Under the pieces are notes generated by a model. It was not told the origin of the DNA. It made no database searches and saw only the letters and a list, made by a program, of their open reading frames with translations. Made by a program: the position numbers and the translations under genes. A stretch of DNA of 40,000 nt, from contig CALXYJ010000003.1 of assembly GCA_944392945.1 (NCBI GenBank), positions 93,189 through 133,188 on the forward strand, written 5' to 3'. Shown piece after piece: positions 10,459 to 20,053 of the stretch (position 1 is its first letter; each line of letters opens with the position of its first letter). This DNA comes from an uncultured Clostridia bacterium. GTDB taxonomy: Bacteria > Bacillota > Clostridia > TANB77 > CAG-508.

Positions 10459-11154
10459 TTAATTAATGCCTAACCTTTTAGCATAATTCACTCCTTTATC
10501 ATCTTTTTCTACTTTTAAGACAAATTTAAATTTGTTTAATTCTGTTGATAAGTAAAAATCTCTTTCTGGGAAAATGTCCTGTAATTTCGGATCAAAAAAT
10601 CTTTTTCCAGCTATATTTTTTAAATCTTCAATTTTTTTATCTAAATTAAGCTTTTTCCCTTCCAATAAGCTTTTTATGTATTCTGCACATAAAGTATCTT
10701 CCTTAGCTTCTGATTTGCCTCCATTCCCCATACAAACTAATGAAACATCTTCTGGATTTTGCATTTTTATATATTCAGCTATAGCTTTAGCATTAACTAA
10801 ACTTCCCGTTAAAATCTCTTTGGCATTTTTAGCATTTGCAATTCCTTGAGTACCTGCACTAGTAGTATGTACAACTGTTTTTCCAGTAAAATTTATCTTT
10901 TCTATTTGAGATGGTGAATTTCCATAGTCAAAACCATCTAACATTATTCCATGTCTTTCGCCAATTAATATACAATCCTTGTGTTTTTCTTTATAATCAT
11001 ATGCTATTTGCTTGTCTCCAACTGGTATTAATTTTTTTACGCCATTATTTACCAAATATGCTTCTACAGTAAAAGCTCTAAAAACATCTATAATAACAGC
11101 TAAACCAGTTGCTTGTTTTGCACCTTCTATTAGTTGCAAAATTTTAATATTCAT
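10459..11154 (-). CDS. comB: 2-phosphosulfolactate phosphatase family protein (ComB-like)
   Basis: 231 aa. The N-terminal AVIIDVFRAFT motif and overall length are typical of the ComB/PF04029 family. Confidence 0.6.
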   Translation of the reverse strand: MNIKILQLIEGAKQATGLAVIIDVFRAFTVEAYLVNNGVKKLIPVGDKQIAYDYKEKHKDCILIGERHGIMLDGFDYGNSPSQIEKINFTGKTVVHTTSAGTQGIANAKNAKEILTGSLVNAKAIAEYIKMQNPEDVSLVCMGNGGKSEAKEDTLCAEYIKSLLEGKKLNLDKKIEDLKNIAGKRFFDPKLQDIFPERDFYLSTELNKFKFVLKVEKDDKGVNYAKRLGIN

Positions 11155-11175
11155 AAATTACCACTCTTTTCTTTA

Positions 11176-11667
11176 TTAAATAAGGATGGAAGTAACATGT
11201 ACAGGAATTACATTTTCTTTAATCATTTGAACTTCCCTTAATACATCAATACTATCATCTATTAAAACTATAATTTTATCTTTTGTAATATTCTTTTCTA
11301 TGTATTCGGCCTTTACAAGATTCCTATTTTCTCTAGTATAATCTCCAGATTCCTCTGAAAAAATAATTCTATCATTTTTGTCTATAAATGGCATATAAAT
11401 ATTTAACCATTCGTTTTTCTCGTCTCTCATTTGATTTGTTTTTGAACAGCTTAATATTTTAAATTTAATTAATGGAAATCTATTTTTTATTTCTTCTATC
11501 CTATCAATTACTGGGATTATTGGTTTCTTATTTAAATATACTCCCTTTTGGGTATAGCTACCCTTTTTATCAAATAAAAGTTCTACAATTGTGCCATCCA
11601 TATCCAAATAAATTTCGATATTTTTATTTTTTTTATAAATATTATCTATTTTTTCTATAAAATCCAT
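11176..11667 (-). CDS. HAD-superfamily hydrolase (possibly a 5'(3')-deoxyribonucleotidase-like enzyme)
   Basis: HAD motif I, LDMDGTIV, near the N-terminus. A late acidic motif, LIDDS, is also present. Confidence 0.5.
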   Translation of the reverse strand: MDFIEKIDNIYKKNKNIEIYLDMDGTIVELLFDKKGSYTQKGVYLNKKPIIPVIDRIEEIKNRFPLIKFKILSCSKTNQMRDEKNEWLNIYMPFIDKNDRIIFSEESGDYTRENRNLVKAEYIEKNITKDKIIVLIDDSIDVLREVQMIKENVIPVHVTSILI

Positions 11668-11688
11668 TTTGACTCCTCATAAATATTT

Positions 11689-13011
11689 TTATTTTAAATT
11701 ATCTTTTAAATAATCTAAAAACTCCTGTATTTTCTTTTCATTTCCTGTCCCAGATAATTTAAAATATTGCTTATTTTTTAATTCATCCGGCATGCAATTC
11801 TTTCCCGAATAATGATTAGGAAAATCATGAATATCATCTAAACCTATTCCTCTACCAAGTTTATATGCATTTTTATAACTTGAATCTTGTAAAAATGACG
11901 GAATAGGAATATTTCCAGTTTTCTCTACATCTTTCATAGCATTCAAAATTCCATATACAGTAGAAGATTTTGGAGAACAGCAAACATATAATGATGCATG
12001 TGCTAATATTTTTGCAGACTCTGGCATTCCTACTCTTTCGACTGCAAGCATAGCAGTCGTTGCAACTTCTAAAGCTTCAGAATTTGCAAGTCCTACATCT
12101 TCTGATGCACATACACAAATTCTTCTTGCAATATATTTAATATCTTCTCCAGCAACTAACATTCTTGCAAGATAATATAAAGTAGCATCTGGATCTGTAT
12201 GTTTCATAGATTCTATGAAAGCTGAAATTGCATTATAATGGTTATCTCCATTAACATCATATCTTATTGCTTTTTTCTGAATACACTCTTCTGCAACTTC
12301 AAGAGTTATATGTAAGCTTCCATCACTTTCAGGAGTTGTAGTTAAATATGCTAATTCTAACGCATTTAAAACACTTCTGGCATCTCCATTTGCCATGTCG
12401 GCTAAAAATTCTTTTGCATCATCGTCAATAGATATATCTATTTCGCCCAATCCTTTTTCTTTATCTTTTAATGCTCTATCCATTATGTCTATCAAATCAT
12501 TTTTTTCTAATGGCTTTAATTCAAATATTCTACATCTTGAAAGCAATGCATTATTCACTTCAAAATATGGATTTTCTGTAGTTGCACCAATCAAAGTCAC
12601 CACGCCATCCTCAACGAATGGAAGCAAATAATCTTGTTGATTTTTATTAAATCTATGTATCTCGTCTATGAATAATATTGTTTTCTTTTTATATGCTCCA
12701 TAATTAAATTTAGCATCTTCTATAATTTTTTCCACATCTTTAATTCCTGCATTTGTTGCATTTAGTTTACTAAAATATGAGTCTGTTGTATTGGCTATAA
12801 CTTTCGCAATAGTAGTTTTCCCTGTCCCTGGTGGTCCATATAATATTATTGATCCTAATCTATCTGCTTTTATTGCTCTATAAAGTAATTTATCCTTTCC
12901 GATTATATGTTGTTGTCCCACAATTTCATCCAATTTTAATGGTCTCATTCTACTTGCAAGAGGCGCCTGCCTAATATCATTACTATCTTCAAATAAATTG
13001 AAATTTTTCAT
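11689..13011 (-). CDS. rarA: Replication-associated recombination protein A (AAA+ ATPase, MgsA/RarA)
   Basis: LYGPPGTGKTT Walker A, ILFIDEIHRFNK Walker B/sensor, and a C-terminal MgsA-type helical domain. 440 aa. Confidence 0.85.
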   Translation of the reverse strand: MKNFNLFEDSNDIRQAPLASRMRPLKLDEIVGQQHIIGKDKLLYRAIKADRLGSIILYGPPGTGKTTIAKVIANTTDSYFSKLNATNAGIKDVEKIIEDAKFNYGAYKKKTILFIDEIHRFNKNQQDYLLPFVEDGVVTLIGATTENPYFEVNNALLSRCRIFELKPLEKNDLIDIMDRALKDKEKGLGEIDISIDDDAKEFLADMANGDARSVLNALELAYLTTTPESDGSLHITLEVAEECIQKKAIRYDVNGDNHYNAISAFIESMKHTDPDATLYYLARMLVAGEDIKYIARRICVCASEDVGLANSEALEVATTAMLAVERVGMPESAKILAHASLYVCCSPKSSTVYGILNAMKDVEKTGNIPIPSFLQDSSYKNAYKLGRGIGLDDIHDFPNHYSGKNCMPDELKNKQYFKLSGTGNEKKIQEFLDYLKDNLK

Positions 13012-13091
13012 TATTATCCCTACTTATTTCTCTTAATATTCTAATACCGAACTAGTTTTGGCGTACCTAAATTATTTTTTAAAATTATTAC

Positions 13092-13748
13092 TTATTTTTT
13101 AAGGACATATACTAACCATTTGTTATTATTGGCTCCACCTTCCTTATAAAAATCGCAAATTTTATATCCGGTCTTAGTAATAATTTCATTTAATTCATTT
13201 TCACTAAAATATTTGTAGTAGCGTTTAGCTCCCATATGATATTCGTTAGAAAAATCAACCCATTCTTCATCAACATTTTTAATTTCACGATTTATTGCAT
13301 TAAATATAAATAGTCCACCATTTTCTAGTGTTTCATAAGTTTTTTGTAAAACAATTTGTGCATCTTCTTTAGTAAAATGAACAAAGACTCTCCAACAAAA
13401 GATTGCAAAATATTTTTCTGTAAATTCATCTTCTAATGCATTAAATTTAATTGTTTTTAAACCTTTAGATTTAATCTCATTAATAAATACATCTGCCATA
13501 TCACTTGCTGTTACATCATATCCTAAATCTTTAATATATTTTGCATTTAATCCATCTCCAGAACCAATCTCGAAAACTTTTGCATCTTTAGGTAATAATT
13601 CCATATTTTTCTTAATAAATCCTTCTAATTTCTCACGTTTGCGTTTGGCTTTATCCGGATCAAGATTATTATGTTTAATACTTGTTTTTAAATATACATC
13701 AGCTTTTTGGTCATATATTTTAAGAGTTTCTTTATTTTCTTTACTCAT
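13092..13748 (-). CDS. Class I SAM-dependent methyltransferase
   Basis: Motif I VFEIGSGDGLNA. Start moved to MSKENK (ATG 13746-13748) behind GGAGGAAG. The track start at 13781 lacks an RBS. Confidence 0.65.
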   Translation of the reverse strand: MSKENKETLKIYDQKADVYLKTSIKHNNLDPDKAKRKREKLEGFIKKNMELLPKDAKVFEIGSGDGLNAKYIKDLGYDVTASDMADVFINEIKSKGLKTIKFNALEDEFTEKYFAIFCWRVFVHFTKEDAQIVLQKTYETLENGGLFIFNAINREIKNVDEEWVDFSNEYHMGAKRYYKYFSENELNEIITKTGYKICDFYKEGGANNNKWLVYVLKK

Positions 13749-13788
13749 ACTTCTTCCTCCATATATCTTGATTTGCATCATAACCTAT

Positions 13789-14325
13789 TTAGTTTTGTTT
13801 TATAAATGTATATTCTCCATCTGGAATTTTATAATCTTGTAAATCTGCATTAATGATGTCTTTTGCTTTTATATCTATTTTTATGCTATTATAATCATAT
13901 TCTATATCATTAAAGCTATAATTTGCTATAGAATATTCATTTTCGTTATTTATTAGCTCTATATTTTTATACTCGGTATTCCAAATTCCCCATAATTCTT
14001 CGCTTGCATGAACTGATCCATTTGGATAATACATCAAATAATAATATATCTCATCATCTTGTTTTATCAATTCAAAATTAATAGTATTATCACCGTTTTC
14101 CCATAAATAGTCACCTAAATAACTCTCATTAAATTCATTTATATCATTCTCCAATTTAGGATTTTCTAAAACATTAGATGTATTAGTATTTTCCCCTATA
14201 GTAGAAATGTTACTATTTATTTGATTTTTATTATTAATGCTGTTCTTATTCATAAATATTATAAGTATAATGGCTATAATAATTAGTATTCCAATCACTA
14301 TTTTAATTAATATTTTCCTTTTCAT
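13789..14325 (-). CDS. Hypothetical membrane-anchored/exported protein
   Basis: N-terminal hydrophobic helix followed by an Asn-rich linker. I recognise no motif. Confidence 0.4.
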   Translation of the reverse strand: MKRKILIKIVIGILIIIAIILIIFMNKNSINNKNQINSNISTIGENTNTSNVLENPKLENDINEFNESYLGDYLWENGDNTINFELIKQDDEIYYYLMYYPNGSVHASEELWGIWNTEYKNIELINNENEYSIANYSFNDIEYDYNSIKIDIKAKDIINADLQDYKIPDGEYTFIKQN

Positions 14326-14360
14326 ATTGCATTCTCCTTTTATTTATATACCTAATAGTA

Positions 14361-14397
14361 GAAAAGCAGGTAAATTAAAACAAAATTACCTGCTTTA
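14361..14397 (-). terminator. Intrinsic terminator after nrdG
   Basis: AAAGCAGGTAA (14363-14373) / TTACCTGCTTT (14386-14396). TTTTCT follows on the minus strand. Confidence 0.6.
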
Positions 14398-14403
14398 TAA
14401 AAA

Positions 14404-14892
14404 CTATTTTATTAAATTGATTCCTCCATTTTTTAAACTTTTTTGAACATCTATTACTCTTTGATTAGAAGAACCTTTCCATTTTAATGTTGGATCATGT
14501 AATTCATCTTCATAATTTCCATCAACTAAGACATCTATATATTTTAAAGCTTCTTTATCCTTTATTTGCTCAAATTTATAACCTGACCAAGCCCATACAT
14601 TTTTTTCTGGATATTTTTCTTTGAATGCTTTTGCAAGCTTCGCGGTTCCTTCTATATTAACTGGTGCCATTGGCTCTCCTCCTAATATAGATAATCCTTT
14701 TACTTCATTTTTATTACTTAGTTCTAATACTTTATCAATCGTTTCTTGTGTAAATTCCTTTCCACCTTCAAAATCCCATGTTTCAGGATTAAAACAATTT
14801 TTACAATGAAAAGGACAACCTTGCATAAATATAGATACTCTAACTCCTGGTCCGTTTGATATATCCATTTTTCTAATTAAGTTGTATCTCAT
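14404..14892 (-). CDS. nrdG: Anaerobic ribonucleoside-triphosphate reductase activating protein (radical SAM)
   Basis: CPFHCKNCFN cluster motif. 162 aa, immediately downstream of nrdD. Confidence 0.9.
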   Translation of the reverse strand: MRYNLIRKMDISNGPGVRVSIFMQGCPFHCKNCFNPETWDFEGGKEFTQETIDKVLELSNKNEVKGLSILGGEPMAPVNIEGTAKLAKAFKEKYPEKNVWAWSGYKFEQIKDKEALKYIDVLVDGNYEDELHDPTLKWKGSSNQRVIDVQKSLKNGGINLIK

Positions 14893-14897
14893 AATGA

Positions 14898-17087
14898 TTA
14901 TGCCTCCTTATTATCAATATGTAAAACCCTTTCTTTTATTTCTTGAGTTCTTCCTTTATTCCAGAAGTTTGTTCCAATATATCCGCAGGTACGTCTTGCA
15001 ACATTTAATGTATTATGATCTCTATTTCCACAGTTTGGGCAGTACCATTCTAAATTATCATCAATTAATATTTCTCCTGTATAACCACATTTTTGGCAAT
15101 AATCAGATTTAGTATTAAGTTCTGCATACATGATATTATCATAAATAAATTGTATAACTTCAATTACAGCATCTATATTTCCTTGTAAATTTGGAGTCTC
15201 TACATAAGAAATAGCTCCACCTGGACTTAATCTTTGGAATTCACTTTCTAATTTTAATTTAGAAAATGCGTCTATTTCTTCAAATACAGGAACATGGTAT
15301 GAATTTGTAATATATCCTCTATCTGTAATTCCTTTTACTGTTCCAAATCTTTCTTTTAAGCATTTAGCAAATTTGTATGTTGTTGACTCTATTGGTGAAC
15401 CATAAACAGAATAATCAATATCTTCCTCTGCTTTCCATTTGTTAGTAGCATCATTTAAATGTTGCATAACTTTTAAACCAAATTCTTTTCCAGGTCCATT
15501 ATCTGTATGGCTATGATCTGTCATAACTTTAACACATTCATATAATCCTGCATATCCAAGTGAAATTGTTGAATATCCATGATGTAATAATTCGTGTATA
15601 GATTCACCTTTTTCAAGTCTTGCTAATGCCCCATGTTGCCATAAAATAGGTGCTACATCACTTGTTACTTTACTTAATCTTTTATGTCTTATTTGTAATG
15701 CTCTATGGCATAACTCTAATCTTTCATCAAATATTTTCCAGAATTGATCCATGTCACCATCAGCAGAAAGTGCAATATCTGGTAAGTTTAATGTAACAAC
15801 ACCTTGATTAAATCTTCCATAATATTTTCCTTTTCCTTCTACATAATTTTTAGCCTTTGCTATATTTCCAAGATGCATTGTTCTATCAGGTGTTAAGAAA
15901 GATCTACAACCCATACATGGATAACATTCTCCATTTCCTAATTCATTTTTCTTTAATTGTAGCATTACTTTTTCTGATATATAATCTGGTACCATTCTCT
16001 TTGCTGTACATTCAGCAGCAAGTTTTGTTAAATACCAATATTTGCTATCTTCATGAATATTATCTTCTTCAAGAACATATAGAAGTTTTGGAAACGCTGG
16101 TGTTATATATACGCCCTTCTCATTTTTAAATCCTAAAATTCTTTGTCTTAAAAATTCTTCAATTATCATTGCTAATTCTTCTTTGTATTCATCTGTTTCA
16201 CCTAAATACATACAAACTGATAAGAATGGTGCTTGTCCATTTGTATTTGTCATAGAATTTACTTGATAATTAAATGTTTGTACACCGTCTTCAACTTCTT
16301 TTTTAGTATCTTGCATTGCATATTTTTCACAATCTTTTTTGCTGAAATTTCTTGCTTGATATTTTTTTAAGTATTTTTCATAACTTAATCTTACAAATGG
16401 AGCTAAATGTGTAAGTGATACTGTTGCACCACCATAACTTGATGATGTAACTGCTAAAATGATTTGTGTTGCTATCGTTGCTGCTGTTAAAAATCTATGT
16501 GGTTTTTCTATCATGACTCCATTTATTACTGTTCCATTTTGTAACATATCATCTAGGTTAATTAATTCACAATTATGAAGAGCATTTTGTGCAAAATAAT
16601 CTGCATCATGAAAATGGATTATTCCTGCATCATGTGCTTCTACTATATCTTCAGGGAGTAAAAATCTTCTCGTAATATCAGTACTTGTAATTCCTGCTAA
16701 GTAATCTCTTTGTGTTGTAACTACTTCCGCATTTTTATTAGAATTTTCACTATTCCAATATTCGCTTTCTCCTTCAATTAATTCTTTAATTGATTTATCT
16801 GTTGTATTTGCTTTTCTTACTAATTCTCTAGTATATCTATATGTAATATATTTTTTAGCCAATTGATACTTGCCAAATTCCATTAATTTTTCTTCTATTA
16901 TATCTTGAATATCCTCAACTAAAATTCTTTTTTTGTTTAGATCTTCAATATACTTTATTATTTCTTTTATTTCTTCTTTTGTTGCTTTTTCTCTTCCTCT
17001 TACCTCCTCATTTGCTTTTCCAATTGCTATCCTGATTTTTTCTGGATCATAATCTACAATATGTCCATCTCTTTTTACGATTTTCAT
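14898..17087 (-). CDS. nrdD: Anaerobic ribonucleoside-triphosphate reductase (class III)
   Basis: N-terminal ATP-cone. C-terminal CQKCG...CPNCG zinc site and glycyl-radical motif RTCGYIG. Strong RBS AGGGGAGGAA. Confidence 0.92.
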   Translation of the reverse strand: MKIVKRDGHIVDYDPEKIRIAIGKANEEVRGREKATKEEIKEIIKYIEDLNKKRILVEDIQDIIEEKLMEFGKYQLAKKYITYRYTRELVRKANTTDKSIKELIEGESEYWNSENSNKNAEVVTTQRDYLAGITSTDITRRFLLPEDIVEAHDAGIIHFHDADYFAQNALHNCELINLDDMLQNGTVINGVMIEKPHRFLTAATIATQIILAVTSSSYGGATVSLTHLAPFVRLSYEKYLKKYQARNFSKKDCEKYAMQDTKKEVEDGVQTFNYQVNSMTNTNGQAPFLSVCMYLGETDEYKEELAMIIEEFLRQRILGFKNEKGVYITPAFPKLLYVLEEDNIHEDSKYWYLTKLAAECTAKRMVPDYISEKVMLQLKKNELGNGECYPCMGCRSFLTPDRTMHLGNIAKAKNYVEGKGKYYGRFNQGVVTLNLPDIALSADGDMDQFWKIFDERLELCHRALQIRHKRLSKVTSDVAPILWQHGALARLEKGESIHELLHHGYSTISLGYAGLYECVKVMTDHSHTDNGPGKEFGLKVMQHLNDATNKWKAEEDIDYSVYGSPIESTTYKFAKCLKERFGTVKGITDRGYITNSYHVPVFEEIDAFSKLKLESEFQRLSPGGAISYVETPNLQGNIDAVIEVIQFIYDNIMYAELNTKSDYCQKCGYTGEILIDDNLEWYCPNCGNRDHNTLNVARRTCGYIGTNFWNKGRTQEIKERVLHIDNKEA

Positions 17088-17170
17088 TCTTTTGTTCCTC
17101 CCCTGATTATTTTTTTATTATTTATTACGTCTAAATCTTATATATAATTCTCTATATATACAAGTTGCAC

Positions 17171-17199
17171 TTGCAACTTTTCTATTTTTTTGTTAAAAT
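17171..17199 (+). promoter_or_regulatory. Sigma-A type promoter for the Crp/Fnr-family gene
   Basis: TTGCAA (17171-17176), 17-nt spacer, then TGtTAAAAT (extended -10, hexamer at 17194-17199). It lies inside the track's TTG-start extension, which supports the ATG at 17217. Confidence 0.55.
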
Positions 17200-17216
17200 T
17201 TTTTCAGGTGATAAAA

Positions 17217-17852
17217 ATGAGGCTTCCATTTGAAGGATTAACGAAATTGCAAATTGGCAAACTCCTTGTGTTACTAGGCGTTCACAGGTATAAGTATACT
17301 AAAGGTGAAGAGATCTTACCTACTATAAAAAATGAAAATATTATTGGGATTATCTTAGAAGGATTTGCCCAAATTATGAATATAGAGTACAATGGGAACG
17401 AAATAGTACAGGAAAATCTTGGAAAAGATAGTGTGTTTGGTACAACTATTTCTGCAACAAATAGTGAAAACTGCCAAATAATCGCAAAAGAAGATACAGA
17501 AGTACTTGTTATAGATTATATAAAACTTATAAACCCAGAAAATTTAAATCATAATTATTTTAATATATTTTTAAGTAATTTATTTGATATTATTAATACA
17601 AAATTTAGAGAAACAAATGAACGAGTAAAAATACTAGAAAAAAAACAAATACGTGAAAAATTATTAAAATATTTTGAAATAGAACATAAAAAAAGTCGTT
17701 CTAAGAATATATATTTAGATTCTTCTTTTAAAGATTTAGCTGATTATCTAGCTATTGATAGATCAGCAATGTTTAGAGAACTAAAACATTTAAAAGATGA
17801 TAAGCTAATCGAAGTAAACGGCAGAAAAATACGAATTTTATACGAAATATAA
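17217..17852 (+). CDS. Crp/Fnr-family transcriptional regulator
   Basis: cNMP-binding-like beta-roll region plus C-terminal HTH (DLADYLAIDRSAMFRELKHLKDDKLI). ATG 17217 is preceded by AGGTGA. Confidence 0.75.
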   Translation: MRLPFEGLTKLQIGKLLVLLGVHRYKYTKGEEILPTIKNENIIGIILEGFAQIMNIEYNGNEIVQENLGKDSVFGTTISATNSENCQIIAKEDTEVLVIDYIKLINPENLNHNYFNIFLSNLFDIINTKFRETNERVKILEKKQIREKLLKYFEIEHKKSRSKNIYLDSSFKDLADYLAIDRSAMFRELKHLKDDKLIEVNGRKIRILYEI

Positions 17853-17878
17853 ACTTTAGGGACGTTCCTTAAAGTTCA
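17850..17878 (+). repeat. Hairpin repeat copy A (sense on +)
   Basis: TAAACTTTAGGGACGTTCCTTAAAGTTCA. Its first 3 nt are the TAA stop of the Crp/Fnr-family gene. It has one G>A change relative to the consensus. Confidence 0.85.
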
Positions 17879-17897
17879 AAGTGTGATCTTTAATATC

Positions 17898-17940
17898 AAA
17901 AAAATCCGTGGTAATACATGCGGATTTTCTTTTAATTTTT
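17898..17940 (+). terminator. Intrinsic (bidirectional-looking) terminator
   Basis: AAAAAAATCCG (17898-17908) / CGGATTTT (17921-17928), followed by CTTTTAATTTTT. Confidence 0.6.
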
Positions 17941-17988
17941 ACTATATAGACTAAAAAGCAATTTTTTGATTTTTAATAAATAAAATTT

Positions 17989-19083
17989 TTATTTTCCAAA
18001 ATATTTTTTTATTTCTTGCATCCTAGCAATTTGATCTACTTTAAAAGGGCATCTTTGGTTACAATGTCCACAGCTTATACAATCATAAGCTGTTTTTTCT
18101 AAATTTAAATAGTGGTCTTTTGCTAATTTATCACCTGCCACAGCTAAATCATAATATTTATTAATTAAACCAATATCAAGTTTCATAGGACATGGCATAC
18201 AGTGATTACAATAAACACATTTCCCTGTTACATTAGCTGGAGCGAATTCGCCAAGAATAGAATAATCCTTTTCCTCATCAGTTGCAGTATTATATTCTAA
18301 TATTTCCTTTAAATCATCCATTCCTCTTATTCCTGGAAGTACTGTTAATACACCTGGTCTATCTAAAGCATATTGTATACATTGTATTTTAGTTAATTTC
18401 TTACTAAATGGTGATGTTTTTTCGTCTAATAGTTGACCTCCTGAAAAAGGTTTCATAACAGATATTCCTATTCCTTCTGCCTCACATCTTTTATATAAAC
18501 TTGTTCTTTCGTCAGTTGTTCCATTGGCATAATCGCCATGATGATAATCATATCCCGGATTAATACTAAACATTACCATATCAACCAACTTTGTATCTAA
18601 TATTTCATTAATTAATTCTGGAGTGTGTGATGAAACTCCTATATGTTTTACGACTCCCTTTTCTTTTAATTCTAATATATAATCCAAAATACCATTTTTT
18701 ACATAACTTTTCCAGTCACTCTCTTCATCTAAACAATGTATAAATCCATAATCTATATAATCTGTTCGTAATTCTTTTAATTGCCATGCAATTGATATTT
18801 TTACTGTGTCTAAATTAGTTGTCCAACCATATGTACCTGTTTCATAATTTGCTCCAAAATGAATTTGATAAATTACTTTATCTCTTTCGTTTTCAAAAGC
18901 CTCTCCATAATACGAAAAACATTTGGCATCTCCTGCTGCTAAGTCGAAATAATTAATTCCATTTTCGTAAGCATATTTTAATGTTTGTATTGCTTCTTCT
19001 TTATTAGAATTTGATATAGAACTTGATCCTATACCTATAACACTTATCTTATCACCAGTTCTTTTATTAATACGATAATCCAT
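17989..19083 (-). CDS. Aldo/keto reductase with C-terminal 4Fe-4S ferredoxin-type domain
   Basis: AKR N-terminal region plus two Cys clusters, CVYCNHCMPCP and CISCGHCNQRCP. Confidence 0.8.
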   Translation of the reverse strand: MDYRINKRTGDKISVIGIGSSSISNSNKEEAIQTLKYAYENGINYFDLAAGDAKCFSYYGEAFENERDKVIYQIHFGANYETGTYGWTTNLDTVKISIAWQLKELRTDYIDYGFIHCLDEESDWKSYVKNGILDYILELKEKGVVKHIGVSSHTPELINEILDTKLVDMVMFSINPGYDYHHGDYANGTTDERTSLYKRCEAEGIGISVMKPFSGGQLLDEKTSPFSKKLTKIQCIQYALDRPGVLTVLPGIRGMDDLKEILEYNTATDEEKDYSILGEFAPANVTGKCVYCNHCMPCPMKLDIGLINKYYDLAVAGDKLAKDHYLNLEKTAYDCISCGHCNQRCPFKVDQIARMQEIKKYFGK

Positions 19084-19105
19084 ATATATTTCTCCTTTTC
19101 TTATT

Positions 19106-19990
19106 TTAGCTTTGAACTTTAAGGAACGTCCCTAAAAGTTCATTCCTAATAATCACTTTTCCATTAACTTCCATAATTGAATCTTCATTTATAATTTCTC
19201 CAACAGAATCAACAATTATTGTTCCTAATTTCGGATTCTTTATTGATAGTACATTTCCCTTTATATCTGCTTCTACTTCTGAATACTCGAAAGCTAAATC
19301 TGTATCTTCCATTGTACAATTTATTAATTTTAAATTCTTGCAATAGCAAAGTGGCTGTGTCCCAATAATTTTACAATTTATAAGTGTTAAACCTTCAGAA
19401 AACCAAGCTAAATATTCTCCCTTTACAATAGAATCCCTTACAGTTACATTTTTACTATGCCAGAAGGCATCTTTTGTATCTAATTTACAGTTTTTTATTT
19501 CTAAATTTTCCATATATTGAAAAGAATATTTCCCTTGAAATTCTATATTCTCTAATTTTACATTTTTGCTATCTAAAAAAATATATTCTGATGTTATTTT
19601 TGTGTCCTTCATATCTACATTATTACATTTCCAACCAAATTCCGGAGAAACTATTGTAGAATTTTTTATTATAGTATTATTACATTCTCTTAGCATTTTA
19701 ATTCCATTTAGTATGCATCCATTTATTAATCCATTATCAGAATACCATATTGGTGCTCTTGTTTTTTCATCAAAGTTAGAATCTATTAATTCATATTTTT
19801 TTGCATGCCATAACGGATATCTTAATGAAAATGTACAATTTTGTACTAAAATATTTCTGGTTTCCTTTAAAACAGATTCTCCATCTTGAGGTCCTGCAAA
19901 TGTACAATTTATAACCTCTGCATCTTTCAAATTATATAATGCTCTTTCTTCATCAAATGTTTTATTTTTAATTGTATTATTAATCTCCAT
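19106..19990 (-). CDS. DUF3737-like beta-helix repeat protein
   Basis: The N-terminal FDEERALYNLKDAEVINCTFAGPQDGESVLKE...YPLWH pattern matches what I recall for DUF3737. The last 12 codons (NELLGTFLKVQS) are read through hairpin repeat copy B and its immediate flanks. Confidence 0.55.
   Translation of the reverse strand: MEINNTIKNKTFDEERALYNLKDAEVINCTFAGPQDGESVLKETRNILVQNCTFSLRYPLWHAKKYELIDSNFDEKTRAPIWYSDNGLINGCILNGIKMLRECNNTIIKNSTIVSPEFGWKCNNVDMKDTKITSEYIFLDSKNVKLENIEFQGKYSFQYMENLEIKNCKLDTKDAFWHSKNVTVRDSIVKGEYLAWFSEGLTLINCKIIGTQPLCYCKNLKLINCTMEDTDLAFEYSEVEADIKGNVLSIKNPKLGTIIVDSVGEIINEDSIMEVNGKVIIRNELLGTFLKVQS
19113..19142 (-). repeat. Hairpin repeat copy B (sense on -)
   Basis: Minus strand reads TGAACTTTTAGGGACGTTCCTTAAAGTTCA. 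It is 30 nt, with one extra T relative to the consensus. Confidence 0.85.
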
Positions 19991-20053
19991 ATCTATTCCT
20001 TTCGTGTAAATTATTATATATTACTGTTATAATTAAATTTAACCTATATTTTT

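Noticed and set aside
17135-17164. Possible NrdR boxes upstream of nrdD (two TATATATA cores: ATCTTATATATAATTC and TCTCTATATATACAAG)
   Set aside because: Only the AT core matches the NrdR-box consensus as I remember it. The flanking ACAC/GTGT positions do not match. The two cores are about 13-14 bp apart rather than the ~3 helical turns usual for tandem NrdR boxes. They could simply be -10-like promoter sequence.
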